A stretch of DNA of 63,575 nucleotides, counting the filler, from Choristocarpus tenellus KU-1152 (Eukaryota; Protista; Phaeophyceae): NCBI GenBank assembly GCA_964200185.2. It is 12 parts of 12 records of this genome, joined end to end, with 100 filler letters (N's around TTAATTAATTAA, not from the genome) between each part and the next. Parts side by side here need not be neighbours in the genome. Positions count along the whole stretch, not along the records: positions 1 to 4,097 come from CAXNAD020016233.1; positions 4,198 to 9,099 come from CAXNAD020012597.1; positions 9,200 to 13,123 come from CAXNAD020017117.1; positions 13,224 to 18,112 come from CAXNAD020012656.1; 8 more parts are not named here. One strand, written 5' to 3'. Position 1 is the stretch's first letter, and the number at the start of each line of letters is the position of its first letter. The position numbers and the translations under genes are program-made. The notes beneath the pieces are model-generated. The model ran no database searches and had not been told where the DNA came from. It saw only the letters and a list, made by a program, of their open reading frames with translations. Shown in pieces: positions 1-13,507 of this stretch.

Positions 1-2201
1 CCCCCCCCCCCCCCCCCCACCCACTACGATACACCTAAGCAAGGCCATGTATCACACGCAAGGCATCCATGCGTACATCTAGACCCGGTGATCCTCACGC
101 TTTCACCACACCCACCCTGATGGCGCACACGAGGGGTCCACATCAGAAAAGGGGGCTTCCTCACAACACCTAAGCGGTTGGTTGCTTCCTTCCCACCTAT
201 GGTGAATATGGGAGAACTTGCCGCACACGGAGGTTGACTTCCTTCCACATCACACAAAGAAGTGAACATGTTTAACCTACTAGTGTTTACCAACACAATA
301 CCTCACCTCTTTGTCATCATCTCACCAGCACAGCCGTGGACACCGACCAGATACCCCACACACACCCCATGACTCAACGTACCCAAAATATCAGAGGGGG
401 GCATGAAGGGTAATAAATAATCTCGTATACAAGCGCAAGTGCCTCTCATGTGTGTACAACTAATGTGTGTGTGTGTGTGTGAATATAGAGATGATAGGGT
501 AAGGGCTACAAGAATCGCACTGTTAGTACTAATGAAAACAATGAAATGTTTCATTATTTTATGCATGAAAGTAAACCGTCCAATACTTCGGAATACGCAC
601 TTCTCCCTCTCCGACTTTTCACTCCAAGCATGTAACATGTTAAGGACATAGAAAACGGTCAACCTGATGCAGCGATGAGTTGTGACAGGGCCAGGCCCGT
701 GTGTCAAACATATCTCACTGGGCCACCCGTGTGAACAGTCTCTGATAGGGTCAGCTCAAGGCTGTCAAGAGGTTTCAAAAAGGGTCGGACTGGGTTGACA
801 GAGGGCCCGGGCAGAATCTGGATTGCACAGCCCTCAGCTGCTTTGTACAAAAATCTGACGAACTTTCTCAAAGATCGAAATTGATTGCTTTACCAACTAA
901 AATCCAGGGGCCTAAACTAGGCGGGCAAATGGAACCGGTCCCATCCACAGTCCGGACTGGTCTCACAATTATCTCCAATGTCCTGACCCATGTCCACTGG
1001 GCATTGTCTTGGTCCATGTTCACCAGCCAAACCAGCCAGAACATTATCTGACATGTACTGGTCCATGCTCACTAGGTATTGTACTGGTTCATGCCCCTCA
1101 GCCAAACCGGACCGACTCTAACATCCCCACACACATGGACCACGTCCAGTAGGGATTGTACTGGTCCATGTCTCCTGGACGGTCTTGTCTTTCTCTTACA
1201 TTGTCCATGTGTTGTACTAGTCCAGTCCGCAGGCCACACAAGTCTAGCCCCTCACCAGTCTGACTCAAAACAGACCCTTCCACTTCATTTGACCACTCCA
1301 TGTGAAGCAACTGTGCAAAATATTGAAGGTGAAGGCAAATGCACACCACACTATAGATATTGTCATCATGTGGAACAACCACAATATCCCGTACCCACTC
1401 CTCTTCAACATACGAGAGAGCACAAGCAAAAGTAGCCAATTCTAATCGTCGCCTGACTCTTCCGCTCCAAATTGCCAACAACATACGCATACAAAAGCCT
1501 TGCATACGTGCACTGAGAAAGCTGTAAGGTTCACACAAACAGAAGTTACATAAATTTGTACACTGAGCGTTACTATAGTTAAATCTATATTGTATCAACG
1601 CGCTTGACCCTTGATGAACTGAGTGTTCATGCACCATCAAAATATATATATATATATCGCTTCAAGCTCTCGATTCTCAACCAAGCGTACCACAAAATAG
1701 ATACAAAAAAAAATATCGAGTCTCATAATGACCTCGTGCAGTTTTCAACTCGATATGTCATTCTTATTTTACATTATCTGTAAAATGTCTCGGTTGGTGA
1801 TTAAGTGACACCCTTGCCCCTCACATCACAGCCGTATCATTCGATCAAACTGCTCTGATGTTGGGATCTCTGGTGACGCAAAACGGATACCACCCAAGCA
1901 AACACCACCTATCCAAACACTAAAGTACTTCATGATTCAAAAGTCAGACTCGAAGCATGGGGAATTGAGGTATATGCCTGGAATACATGAACAGATCAGT
2001 TTTGTCCAGACTTCTCTGGGCATATCAATAGGCAAAACATGAAGCAGGTTGCGCAAACACCCCAAAAAAGAGTGCCTTCCCGTCTTCTACACGACATCAC
2101 CCGTCAAGATCAGACACTTTTTTTTTAATTAATTTCTAGTGAATCACTTCAAGTACAGTAAAATACTAATAATAAACAATCTTGAGATACAAATATAGAA
2201 A

Positions 2202-2317
2202 TACTACCACTACTACCACCACAACTACCACAACTACTAGTACTTCTACTAGTACTACTACCACTACTACTACAACTGCCACTACTGCTACTACTGCTAC
2301 TACTACTACTACTACTA
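2202..2317. repeat. (CTA/CCA/CTG)n trinucleotide microsatellite
   Basis: Directly visible; it produces the poly-Thr/poly-Ser ORFs. Confidence 0.95.
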
Positions 2318-3447
2318 TTGTGCTTGTCTGCATGTTCTCCCATTCATATATAACTCATCTCCTTCAGTGACATTTTAAAAAAGCTACAACCACATAGAAA
2401 CAACATAAGAGGTATACTAAAATAATCGTGATGAACAAATAAGTCCATCTTCCCTCTTCACAGCAAACAACCAAGTCATGTGTCCTTCAGCCTTGAAGAA
2501 CACAGGAATGAGCAATAGTCCATCTGAGATACTACTACAATTGGAGGAAATCGTGCATCTGGTGATGGAGGAGAGGGTCGAAATTTCATACCTCCAGGGG
2601 CCCTATTCCAACTGGTTAACCTTTTTCTGAGTTGTGTGTACCACACGTCAATCAGCTTCCGGCGCACATATCTCACACGTAGACGATCAGAACATTCTCT
2701 GGAGACTTTGCAAGAGTACTTATTTTTAAACATTTCTGAAGATTTAAAGACAAACAACCCCATTGATAAATTTTATACTCCTACCTAGTACCATCTATAT
2801 AAGATTTTTTTCCATAACAACATGGGTTAGCTGGATGGAAAAACTTATATAAAATTTATATAAAATTTATAATAAAAAAAAATCTTGGGAAAATACAAAA
2901 ACAGGATGAAATGAAAAAGGTATACTTCGTATCAACGAACTTCGGAATATGTAAAAATCGTCAATTCTGGATACATCAGATTTGGCTCTAGAAATTTGAT
3001 TGCGTCTAGAAATCTGACTGTGATTTGTCTCGACCCCCAACAGTTCAATTGGGTTCATCAAACCTTTTCAAGTCAATTTAAATATTTTTGCCGAAGGACC
3101 AGAACCACGAACGTTTAAAAATTTACCAAGTTCAACACAAGGAGGTATCTTTGGTTATCTAATACCAAGTACTTCGAAGTACATGGACTCTTTTTTAAGC
3201 TTTTTTAGAAAAACATTTTCATTCAAGAAATCTCATAATGATTTAACATATAAATCACCTCCAAAAAGTAAGAATAAAATAAAGAACACACATGCGTGCA
3301 CACACACTAAATCATCACTGAAAAAGAACAATCATTTTTTTTCAACACACACACACACACACACACACACCATTTCACATCCTGAGCAACCCACATACCA
3401 AAAAAAAAAAAAAAAAAGCACTTGAAGTAAAAATTGTGAAAACTCAC

Positions 3448-4024
3448 CCAACGGGCCACTATTACCACTGCTGCTTCCACTGCGACCATTCCCACGTCCT
3501 ACCCCACCTCCCCTGCTGCTCTCCTTCCACCTTCTGTTCATACTCTTCGCTCTCCTTCCCCTCACCTTACCATGCAATGATCCATCATCCACACACATCC
3601 TGCACTCTGCAGATGCCACCTCCCCCTTTTCCCCCGTTTCCAAACCTTCCCCTCCCTCTCCCTCAACCATACCTACAGTACCACCATCAACTCCGCCAGC
3701 AGTTCCCTCATCTCCCCTACCCTTGCCTTTCTTGCTCAATCTTTCTCCTCTACTCCCCTCCTTCTCTGCAACGTCTAGAGCTGCATGATGAGCACACAAC
3801 CCTCCACCTCTTGCTGCTGCTGCTCCCCTCCCCCCTCCTCCATGCAGATGATGGCTTCGCCTCTTATCCCAAGCCGTGGACTTTCCTACTCCATCCCTCC
3901 CCTCCCCTCCCAACCGCAGACCCCTGCTGTCTTCCTCCTCTTCATCCTCATCGTCCTCTTCATCGCCCTCTTCATCATCCCCATCACCGTCACCCTCCGA
4001 TGGACTCCCCACAGCACCCCTCAC
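3448..4024 (-). CDS. Probable internal coding exon of a low-complexity Gly/Glu/Asp-rich hypothetical protein (5' part lost at poly-C contig end)
   Basis: Long open frame (EGDGDGDDEEGDEEDDEDEEEEDS...GNSGPLG) ending at a strong donor G|gtgagt at 3448/3447. No recognisable domain. Confidence 0.45.
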
Positions 4025-4039
4025 TCCACCCCTCCCTCC

Positions 4040-4097
<58 letters not shown>

Positions 4098-4197
4098 NNN
4101 NNNNNNNNNNNNNNNNNNNNNNNNNNNNNNNNNNNNNNNNNTTAATTAATTAANNNNNNNNNNNNNNNNNNNNNNNNNNNNNNNNNNNNNNNNNNNN
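4098..4197. other. Artificial contig linker (44 N + TTAATTAATTAA + 44 N). Identical linkers at 9100-9199, 13124-13223, 18113-18212, 24813-24912, 40931-41030, 46497-46596, 49519-49618, 52307-52406, 57361-57460, 60703-60802. 10-N scaffold gaps at 23000-23009 and 32390-32399
   Basis: Same 100-bp structure 11 times. The core has stop codons in all six frames, and genes are cut off at these points. Confidence 0.98.
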
Positions 4198-4419
4198 CTA
4201 CCAGGTCAACAATTACCCTCATCAATCCATCCCACCCCCCCCTCTTCCTCACAGCCCAACGCCATTGCACCAGTAAGGAGAAGCATGCCCTCTCCCCTCA
4301 ATCCCCAGCCAAAGAAGTCTATCAGTAGGTGATGCTCTAAAATGCAAGACAATTATTCTTGCATTGTTTTAGCACACAAAACACTAAAATAATGCCCTGT
4401 CCCATACCTCCATCCTACT

Positions 4420-6045
4420 CTACTCCATCCTACCACCTCCCAATCTATTGAACCCCACCTCCTCACTCGGTAGAGCCTCCAGCACCGCCACCGGCCCTCC
4501 CCTAGACATCAGCTCTAGAGTTGCCTCTAGCCTCTCCGCAATGCCCTCAAAGTCGATCACTGGCAGCTGACTTCCGCCCCCACCCCCACCTGAGCTACCC
4601 CCCCACCCATTACTCCCTGCTGATTGTCCCTCTCCCTCCCCCTCCACTTGGGACTTTTCCCCACGTGCTGTTGGGGTCTCCCCAAGATTGAGAGCAAATT
4701 CTGCTGATGTTAGATCACTTCGCACCTGTATCAGTCAGGAACAGAGAGAGACGAAGGGTACAGAATGACACATTAAGGCTTTCTGGAGGGACTCATGGGA
4801 AAACTAGGGAAGGGGGCACAGAGAGACTAAACGGAATGTGTGTGTTATGGGCTATAAATCGGGGGCTTGCCACAGTGGTTCAAGCCATCCCATACTTTTT
4901 TCCATCTTGGATAGTTGAACCACCTATTTGCAAGCGGAGTTGGGTAGAGTCTCTCATGAGCTATTTGAGCATGTTGGCCAGCACTTGTTCGTGTATTACA
5001 TGTCCATCACTGGAAAGAAAAGCGTCTACAGAGGGGGGAGGGTGGTTCCAAACATTCAATGCCTAGTCATGCCTGGCGCTTAAGTACTACAATACTTGCA
5101 ATAGGGTATGATTATTGGGATATTTCACTCGTGCATAAAAGGAGCAATATGTCCTCTTAATAAAGTTGACAGCTTTGCGTGTCATCCGTACGATATGTTA
5201 ATATAACCATTGAGTGAAGCCCACAACAGATGGAGCGATCCTGTGATGGTGGTGGGTTGCCACAATTGTCCATCAGCTACGCCCGCCAAAGATATTTATC
5301 GCATTTTATCCAAGGAAAACCATCCGGAGGTGACACAGAGCGCAGCAATGCACACACGTACATAATCTCCATGCGATCCTTGGGCATCTTTAAGGATGCG
5401 ACAAGATTGTTTTCAAAGCAATACTTCCAGCAAACTAAGTGCGTCCACCCCCCGCTCTACTCCAACTCCCCTCCATTACTGCGTAATCAACATCACATGG
5501 AACAGCCAGTCCATTCAGCACCTGCTTCACCCAGTTTAGCGCCCGAAGTCTTAGCCCTCGCTCCGTTCGGTTTACTGTAGCGCGGAGGAGCATCGACGCA
5601 TCCCCCCTGTCACGACGCTGTTGCTGGGATGTGGGAGTGCCCATTGCCATTGACAACTTCCTTGCCTTCCTGCTGTGTCTTACGCCGAGAAAAACCTGGG
5701 TATGTATCCCCGTACCCCATTGGCAAGATGCACTACTGCAGGTGAAAGTGTATCGACCACGGTAGAATGCGACCTGAAAAGGGGAATGGGGATGGTGAGA
5801 AATGTGTCACGCAGTATCGTCAAACTAACAACTCAGTGTTACACCAATGCAGAAACTCTGACTAGACAGTGGGCTAAGCGAAAAGTTTTATTTGTCGAAG
5901 TTCCCATCATGTCCTCATAATCTTTCATGTCTCTTACATGCTGCAAGTTGGCCGAGGGTGGCACCGATACCAGGGCAGTCGAGGTTCCCAGTGCGGCCAA
6001 GCCAGCACACAAGTGCAGCGGTGATTGGACCCTTCGCTTCCTCAT
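4420..6045 (-). CDS. Hypothetical protein with signal-peptide-like N-terminus; exons 6045-5845, 5773-5522, 4725-4420
   Basis: All introns GT-AG and phase 0. The spliced frame is open: MRKRRVQSPLHLCAGLAALGTSTALV...|VAFYRGRYTFTCSSASC...|VRSDLTSAEF...*. Head-to-head with the next gene. Confidence 0.5.
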
Positions 6046-6258
6046 CCTCTAGAGGCCACGTAAGGGAAGGCGAAAGAGGGACGAAGTGCACCACAGCACC
6101 CTGATCAAGAATGAACACATGAGATATTGACACCTTCAAACTCAAAAAGAAAAAAAAGTTGCCAACAACATAGAAGATCAGAAGATGAAAAGATAACCAC
6201 TAAATCGAAGCACACTCTAACACCTCGTCTACTTTGAGTGTGTGATCTGGTACGGTAG

Positions 6259-8538
6259 ATGAGAAGAGGGCCTTCGAGGATGACGCCAAAGATTTTCGTG
6301 CTGCTGCTCCTCCTCGCTGCCACCCGATCAAGGGCGCAGTTCGGAATGCCGCCAAAACCACGAAGCAGTCCGATCAAAGGTTGACCCCTGGAATCTTTCG
6401 GCCAAGAGTCGAGTTGGTCACTCCACCTTGTCTACATACCATCGTTATCGATCTTCACAAGAAAGGCTAATTTCTGACAAGTGCTTCCCTATGTCTTCTC
6501 TCCTTCCTCCCGTAAAGGTGATATGGAGGCTATCAAGTGTGGTGTTTGTGAGGCACTTGCGGAGCAGCTCTATGCTCGGGTTACTACAATGCGGGAGGAG
6601 GCAATTGGGGGCAAGGTATGAAAAGATTAATCAATTGTGTTAAACCTACCATATTCGTGGCTTCAGGGAAAGTAGCTCCGTAATTTGTCGCATTTTCCCT
6701 CAATAGCGTTCTCGTACACGATCTTTGGTGTGTACGCAAGAACATGAATACCCAAGTGGGAAAGAAATATAACCTGTAGTTCTGCATCGCTCTTGCAACT
6801 GTTGTCATACCTGCTTATCTGAGCTATCCTTGACCACCTACTTCTGAATCTTAAAACCTACTCACACCTCCACCTCACTTCACTCCAATATATCGTGGGT
6901 TTTATCTTTCGTAGATTCACGAGGATGACATCGCCGCGGAGATAGAAGGAGCTTGTAACCCTACAGCGGCCCTAGGCAAGTGGATTGCGGACTTCGACCT
7001 GGTTGAGGTGAGAAAATTGGATACAGCCATACCTTCGTATGTTTTCTGTTGGTACCCAGTCAAGTGAAGCTTTCGCAAGAAGAGCAAAGGGAAGACCTTC
7101 GGCCATACTATCTTGCAGCTGACATCCTCCCACCACCGCTTTGTCGTGATAATGAAGCAGTCTAGGTTTCAGTCGATTCCGCTGGCCTATGGTAGGAAAC
7201 GTTTTGCAATCGCAAGGCCCAGTTAGTTCTTTCGTTGCTCTTTGAGTATATTGGGAACCTCCTGAACTGAATTTTCTGCTCTGTTTGTGTCGTCGCATAG
7301 TATGAATTTGCTCTTCTACTAGCAAGTGTTTCCACAATCTTCCAATATCTTGACCAAAACCCCCAACTCCAACAACGAAATTTTTGTTTGTCCTGAACCG
7401 TTGTTTAGATCATCTTGCTGGGGCACATCCACACATCTACAACCATTACATCAACACTGCAAATCACCCATATCAACAACCTTACTGAAATATTTGTAGA
7501 TGACTGCAGTGGCGGTCCCCCATTCTCGACTCCTTACAGTCTAAATTCTAAGATGCCTGAATTGTTTTTTGTGTTTGCCAATGCAGTTCTTGTAAAGCCA
7601 GCAGTCCAGAGTATACTAAAAAATAACCCATCTCATTCTTTCCGCCCTCTGGTCGTATGAATCAACCCACCCCTCCTTTCCGACTTCACCCTGATAACCC
7701 TTGACTCCCCATGCACCACAGGTCCCTTTAAAGAATGGGAAGAACTCAAAAACACTAGAACTGCAGAAACCTGGTGGGACAGGGCATTGCAAAGAAGAGT
7801 GTGAGACCATTGCCCGGGTGGGTGAATGAAGAACTCACCTCTTTAGATATGATGTGTTTCCTACTGCAGCTACTTGGGGGGGGATGGAGGGCTGTACTCT
7901 AACTCACTGCCTCCTGTTTTACTTCAGTGATAGTTCATGTATACTTGTACTACATAGTTGTGACATAGGGAATATCCACATGTATTAAATGCCAACTGGC
8001 AAAGTATGACGTTTCGAAGTGGTGACAGGAGAGATAAACCTGTTTGATTTGATACACTTGAGTCTGTGCGGTATAAATGAGATATTATGTGATGCATTCG
8101 CCAGTTTAGATATTGCATCCTATGAAGTGAGTGCTGCTGTAGTAGAGTACAAGAGAATGTTTCTACTGAATGAGAAGTAATTAGACACGGTGACCTTGGC
8201 CTACCACTATTCTGGCTTTTTTTTTACCTCCCCTGGGCTGTGTAGTGTCTCCTTGGTTCTGGCATGTTCCTTGTCAAATCTAAAGAGGAGGATGTTCTAT
8301 ATTGATTTTTGGATGAAAAATATATGTATTATCCTGTTGTTTGTTTGTCTCTTGCACTAAGCCATATCTATCATTTGCTGTTACCCCTCTGACGATAATT
8401 GGTGGACAATGTGTGTTGTTCCTTATTCTGTCATGCTTCTATTCTTCGTTAACTCAGAGCTGCTCAGATCTTGTGGAGGAAGAGCTGGACATGGAAGAGG
8501 CTGTCGTAGCGTTGTGGAAAAATAGGCTCAGTCTTGAG
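6259..8538 (+). CDS. Saposin B-type / Canopy (CNPY, DUF3456)-like ER protein, 3'-partial; exons 6259-6379, 6518-6615, 6915-7007, 7722-7817, 8458-8538
   Basis: Phase-consistent GT-AG splicing gives a signal peptide (KIFVLLLLLAATRSRA-QFG), then IKCGVCEALAEQLY...EGACNP...KWIADFDLVE...GHCKEECETIARSCSDLVEE. This Cys pattern resembles plant SES1-like/CNPY saposin proteins. Confidence 0.8.
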
Positions 8539-9384
8539 GTGACCCCCCCCCCCCTAATCAATTTCCATCCCCTATTTACCCTATTTTCTATGGATACATT
8601 CACCTTGTATCCTGTCTCCATGCTTCCTTAACAGAGAGAGGACTTTGTTACCACTCTTGTGTGCCAAAAAAACAGGCAGTGTATTGGCTAGTTGAAACAA
8701 TGTAGTGCCTGCTTTCTAGAGAGCACAAACAAGGCACACTTCTAGTATGTATCCCCTGCTATCCGTGTCCATCTGGGCGGAGTTTGAAGCTGAGAAACCA
8801 CTGCAAATACAACAGACTCTACACTTTCCCCTTTGGCCAAGTTATCCTTGATATTGCTATGGTGATTTGCATGACTGGTGGATTAGACCTGGCTGAATGA
8901 ACGGCAACAGCGAATGCTCCCAGTTTAGTGGCGCTGCTATGCATGGCCATAGACCCTTTGGGTTGAAGCAGGGGCATTACAGGGAAGCAGCAATAGATTC
9001 CCTCTATTTAAGGGGATACGCCATCAACAGCAATATGCGGAACATAATCTGTGGCAGGTCATACCCCCCCCTCCCCCCACTCACGTCCCAGTGTGAAGGN
9101 NNNNNNNNNNNNNNNNNNNNNNNNNNNNNNNNNNNNNNNNNNNTTAATTAATTAANNNNNNNNNNNNNNNNNNNNNNNNNNNNNNNNNNNNNNNNNNNNT
9201 GTGGATGGGTTTCTTCTCATCTCGTTGGAGGATGTAGGAATGAAAAGATGCAAATCAGAAAATAATCTCAGAGGTCCCCTTCGATTAACAACAGTTTCAC
9301 CCCCCTCACATATATGTTCCCTTGAAGGGTTAGACCAGCACTTTCGACAAAAATGGGAAGCTGGAGGCTAAGGAGACATGAGAT

Positions 9385-10350
9385 ATGATACAATCGATGA
9401 CAGGCAAGACTCCTGGAACTTTGTACTGTGAAGATGTCGAGGTCAATACTACTTGTAGCGGTTGGTTACGCCTCTGCTGCTGCAGCAGTGACGCCATTTA
9501 TTCACTATTTCTTAATGAGCTGAGAAGGTGCCAGTCTGCTTATACTTCAAGTGAAGGTCGCATCCAGGAGTAGTCCCTTTTCCCTGCAGTGAGCAGAGGC
9601 TGCGTTGGAGAGAGCTTCAGCATGAAAGACTGCATCCATACCGAAATTTTGAATAAATTTCGGGTTTCCGTCCTCCAAGATGCATGGGACACCCGTTTGC
9701 CTGCAGATGTTGCCCAGACCATGGGTCAGTGCTGCCATACTTGGCCACCGGCTCAGGGGTTCATTCGAGCATGACCAGTGTCCATCCCTTGTCTTCTACA
9801 TCCTCTCACTGGGCAGCCATTGGAGAGTGCCTACTCCAACTCTTAAGAACGGTTCATATTATTAATAAAAGAATATTAGAAATATATGTGGCAAGTACAT
9901 TTTAGAATTGTTCCAGATTTTACATTTTTTGGTATTTACGGCTAGTGTACAACTGGACTGTACTTTTATGGTAAGTGCACTCCAGTACAGCACAGTTATG
10001 ATATGTTTAGTCATGACGGTTGCTCGAAGAACCGGAAAGTATGGTCATTGTAGTATTTGTATCCTCCTTGTGGCAGGGAACGGCCTGGTCTAGACGAAGA
10101 CCAACAACCTCTATTTCAAGGTGGACCAAATTGCCGGGGATGAATGCCATCTGCTATATGAGATAGGTGAAAGGGTTCTGGTGACATTTTTATATGTTAT
10201 TGGAAAGGCATCATGAGCACATCCCTGTGAGCAAGTCTCGTATCTACGACATATGAAGCCTTACCAGACAGCACAATCAAAGAAGCGTGTTGCACCTGCT
10301 TATTTTGCCAGTGGCGTTCATCTCATACGGTTCGCTCGGGTATGAACTGA
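9385..10350 (+). mobile_element. Possible highly decayed hAT transposase remnant
   Basis: Stop- and frameshift-interrupted fragments in hAT order: AAILGHRLRG (cf. AxxLDPRxK), then YWKG...ASLV...ALPDST (cf. dimerisation domain WWK...LA...PASS). Weak. Confidence 0.3.
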
Positions 10351-12821
10351 GATAATGCATCACACAAAGGCACTCAAGCTGAGTGTGCGTGTAGTGCAAG
10401 TTCTACACATCAACACTATGATGCTCGGGGAGCAACTCAAGGAAAGGAAGAAGCCCAAGAAGATACCTATTGGAAGTGCCCACCAGGGGAAGAAGAGAGT
10501 CAAAGTAAACGAGAGGTACCCACGGTTGTATTTTAAGGATGTTGACAAATAATTGCAAACTTCGGCTTTTTGTACAAATACGTCTAGGGATTGTTCCAAA
10601 CTTTGTCGCATTTTTTCTAACAGAGAAATTAATGCTCTGAAGTCAATTCTAGTACTTCATCCATAGAAATAAGGAATTGGAAAATATGAAAAAATGGGTT
10701 TAAATACAAAATGGCTAAAGCCTGAGCACCTCTCGTCTAGTTTGGCTCAGAGGAGATTATCACGTCTGATGTGGCAAAGGGTAGTGTGAGGTGCCTCGAA
10801 ATGGCTATGACGGACAAGAAGAGTGAGAAAGGTGGAGAGGAAGTACAGGGCAGTCGAGAAAAAGGCCCTAATGGAGCCTCAAAGCTGAGCCCCCAAAGCT
10901 GCTGCTGATGTTGCAGGAAGCTCAAGTCTCCACCCAGGGGTGGGGTGTGTGAAGGGAAAGTCGAGGGAGCAAAGGTGGGCATGGGAAGCAGGGCACAGGG
11001 GGCAACTAGCAGACCACCACCTCCTATTGTGTCCTCTTTATCATGCCCCCAAGAAGATCAAGAATATACCACCCCTCTAGGCAGCATGAGCATGATGCCT
11101 TTGGTCCCTGCGTCCCCTCCGATATCTTTTCCCGAGGCTCAGGCGCTTTCCCAGAACTCCATCCCACCTAGCATGCATCTGATCAGGTACCATTGCGGGC
11201 CTCCCTAGAGCTGCAGATGATCTAAGGGCCTGAAATGGAAGACTGTACATGATACACTTGAGCCGTTTTTTTATTGTTTTGTGTTTTAACTGTGAGTGGT
11301 CTTCCTAAGTGGGGACATTTTATTAATGAAACCCATACAGAAAAGACAGCCAACAATTTGGATAAGATAGTATGCCAATCAATTTTTCAATTTGTTCTCT
11401 TCGGGGGTGTTTTATAGGGTTTTCAGTTTAGTTGGCAGCTCAGCACGACATACAGGGAAACATTGTGTTGACGATACACGTGAAATAACTTATATTATTC
11501 GAGGGTAAATAGATAGCGTCGTACTGTCCTGCAAACAGTCGATTTTCAAGACTGGGGAAAACGAGACATTTGTGTGTTGGTCAACGGTCAGACTGTGAAA
11601 ATGCTTCAGTTAAAAACACTGTTCTTGACCAAAAGTAGTAATAATTTGAAGAATAATTTGTTCTTTAGCTGGTCTTGTTTAACTCCTATACTTGTAGTGC
11701 GGGAATTTTGGAGAATTCCCATTATTTCCTTTATGAAGAGTGTAATCTGTGGCGGCCTGGTTCACTCAGGCAACGTGGTGAAGAGAATCACAGAGTAAGA
11801 TGGACCAGACGGACCAAGACGAGCTGTAACCAGAACATGAGTCTAAGGTTGGATAGGTGCAAGACTGGAAGAACCTCCAGGAAATTGTGGAGTGATGAGA
11901 ATCTTGTGAGAGGGGGATCATCACGAAAGTCAAGACGTGACAACAAAGAGAATCCTTGATGTGTGACATCTCTGGTTGAAGATATGTCCACTACTTGTGG
12001 GATTGATCTCTTGAAAGATTCCTCACCGCATTTTTTCATAAGATCCTCCACTGGAATCGGGACTCCTGATAAAGAAACCTCAATTGGTAATTGTATAATG
12101 GCACATGGCATACAGCAATAACACGGTATGATAACAAACCTGCTTTCCACATCACCCCTTCTTCTGATCGGCCTTGAAGCCATGTAAACATGATTCAAGG
12201 TCAACCAAAAAGGGAGCTCTGGGAGCAAAATAGGAAACATATGTGACTGTTAGTATACTATTGTGCCATAATATTACACGACTCCCATTAATACAAGATG
12301 AAGTGTAATATATAAACGAAGTATTAATGAGTATCTGATCAGGATATCATTAGCCTATTGATGGTAAATGGTCAGCATACCAATCAAGCGTACGAGGTCT
12401 GAGAGTATCGGATCAGCATATCAATCAGCCTAAATATGAGGCAAGAGGTATATTTGACCGGCATGTACGTCTCTTGTATCTTGTATAAACAGAGGATACT
12501 CAGAATGGGGATACAAGGAGCAAACACTATACGATATCAATATACTGTTTGACTAGTGTTTGTGATCTGATATTGCTATATACGAGTGTTATATGATGGT
12601 TTTGATCAAGACTCCGGTGTGTGAAAACACAAGCGCGTGTACAAGATCAATATCGACATAGCAGACGATGAGATCAAAAGTGTGCGCTCATCTCCTTCCT
12701 AACATTCTGATATCGATTGGAATATTGCTCGCAATGACTACAATATTCCAAGTGGACAACTCGGACATACAATGTTGGTGGCTGTACGGTTATTACATCA
12801 TGTTGGGGGGATCATGCCACT

Positions 12822-13123
12822 GAGTGAAAGTATCTTAGAGGGTACTAGTTTTGCCCTGTTTGTCCGTTTGGGGCTTGACTTCCCACGGGTATTTTTATGA
12901 CATTTGAGTGAAAGTATCTTAGAGGGTACGAGTTTTGCCCTGTTTGTCCATTTGGGGCTTGGCTTCCCTCGGGTTTTTTTATAACATTTTCCCACTCCAA
13001 AATATTTTCGGAGTAGGTAAAATGCGTATGTCATGAAAAGGTGTGTCCGGAACAAGGGTATTGACACTTCCTAACAAACACGATAGCCAAAATTACATCA
13101 AAATCGTAACATTGGATTTTGAC
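12822..13123. mobile_element. MITE family B copy, first 84 bp tandemly duplicated, truncated by contig end
   Basis: Starts GAGTGAAAGTATCTTAGAGGGTA at 12822 and again at 12906. Closely similar to 63269-63528. Confidence 0.85.
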
Positions 13124-13507
13124 NNNNNNNNNNNNNNNNNNNNNNNNNNNNNNNNNNNNNNNNNNNNTTAATTAATTAANNNNNNNNNNNNNNNNNNNNN
13201 NNNNNNNNNNNNNNNNNNNNNNNCCCCCCCCCCCAGATACTTTGACCCTACTGACCCCCCTTCAAGAGAATAATTTAGTTCAAGCTCTGGGCTAGTAAAG
13301 GCTAGAGAGACGTATCAGACCAAGGAAAAGAACAGATGGAGAAAAAAAAGAAGCTATTGGTTCCGATGTGTGCTGGGGATCACCGCATCGAATTTCTCCA
13401 ACCCATCCAACACCACTTTTCAAATCATATCCATGTGATACAGTCTTTTCCTTTTCGTCATTATGACGAGTGCGTGTGTGTGTGTGTGAACACGTGGCGG
13501 GATCCAG

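Noticed and set aside
4142-4153. Recurrent TTAATTAATTAA as a biological motif
   Set aside because: Always centred in 44+44 N; an artificial all-frame stop linker.
3436-4153. Pro/His-rich plus-strand ORFs
   Set aside because: Antisense shadow of a G-rich exon, running into poly-C and N.
7030-7600. piggyBac-like remnant in intron 3 of the saposin-like gene (minus strand, YKYFSKVVDMGD)
   Set aside because: One weak motif only; no TIR or TTAA ends identified.
11788-12240. 150-aa minus-strand ORF
   Set aside because: No recognisable motif or consistent splice context.
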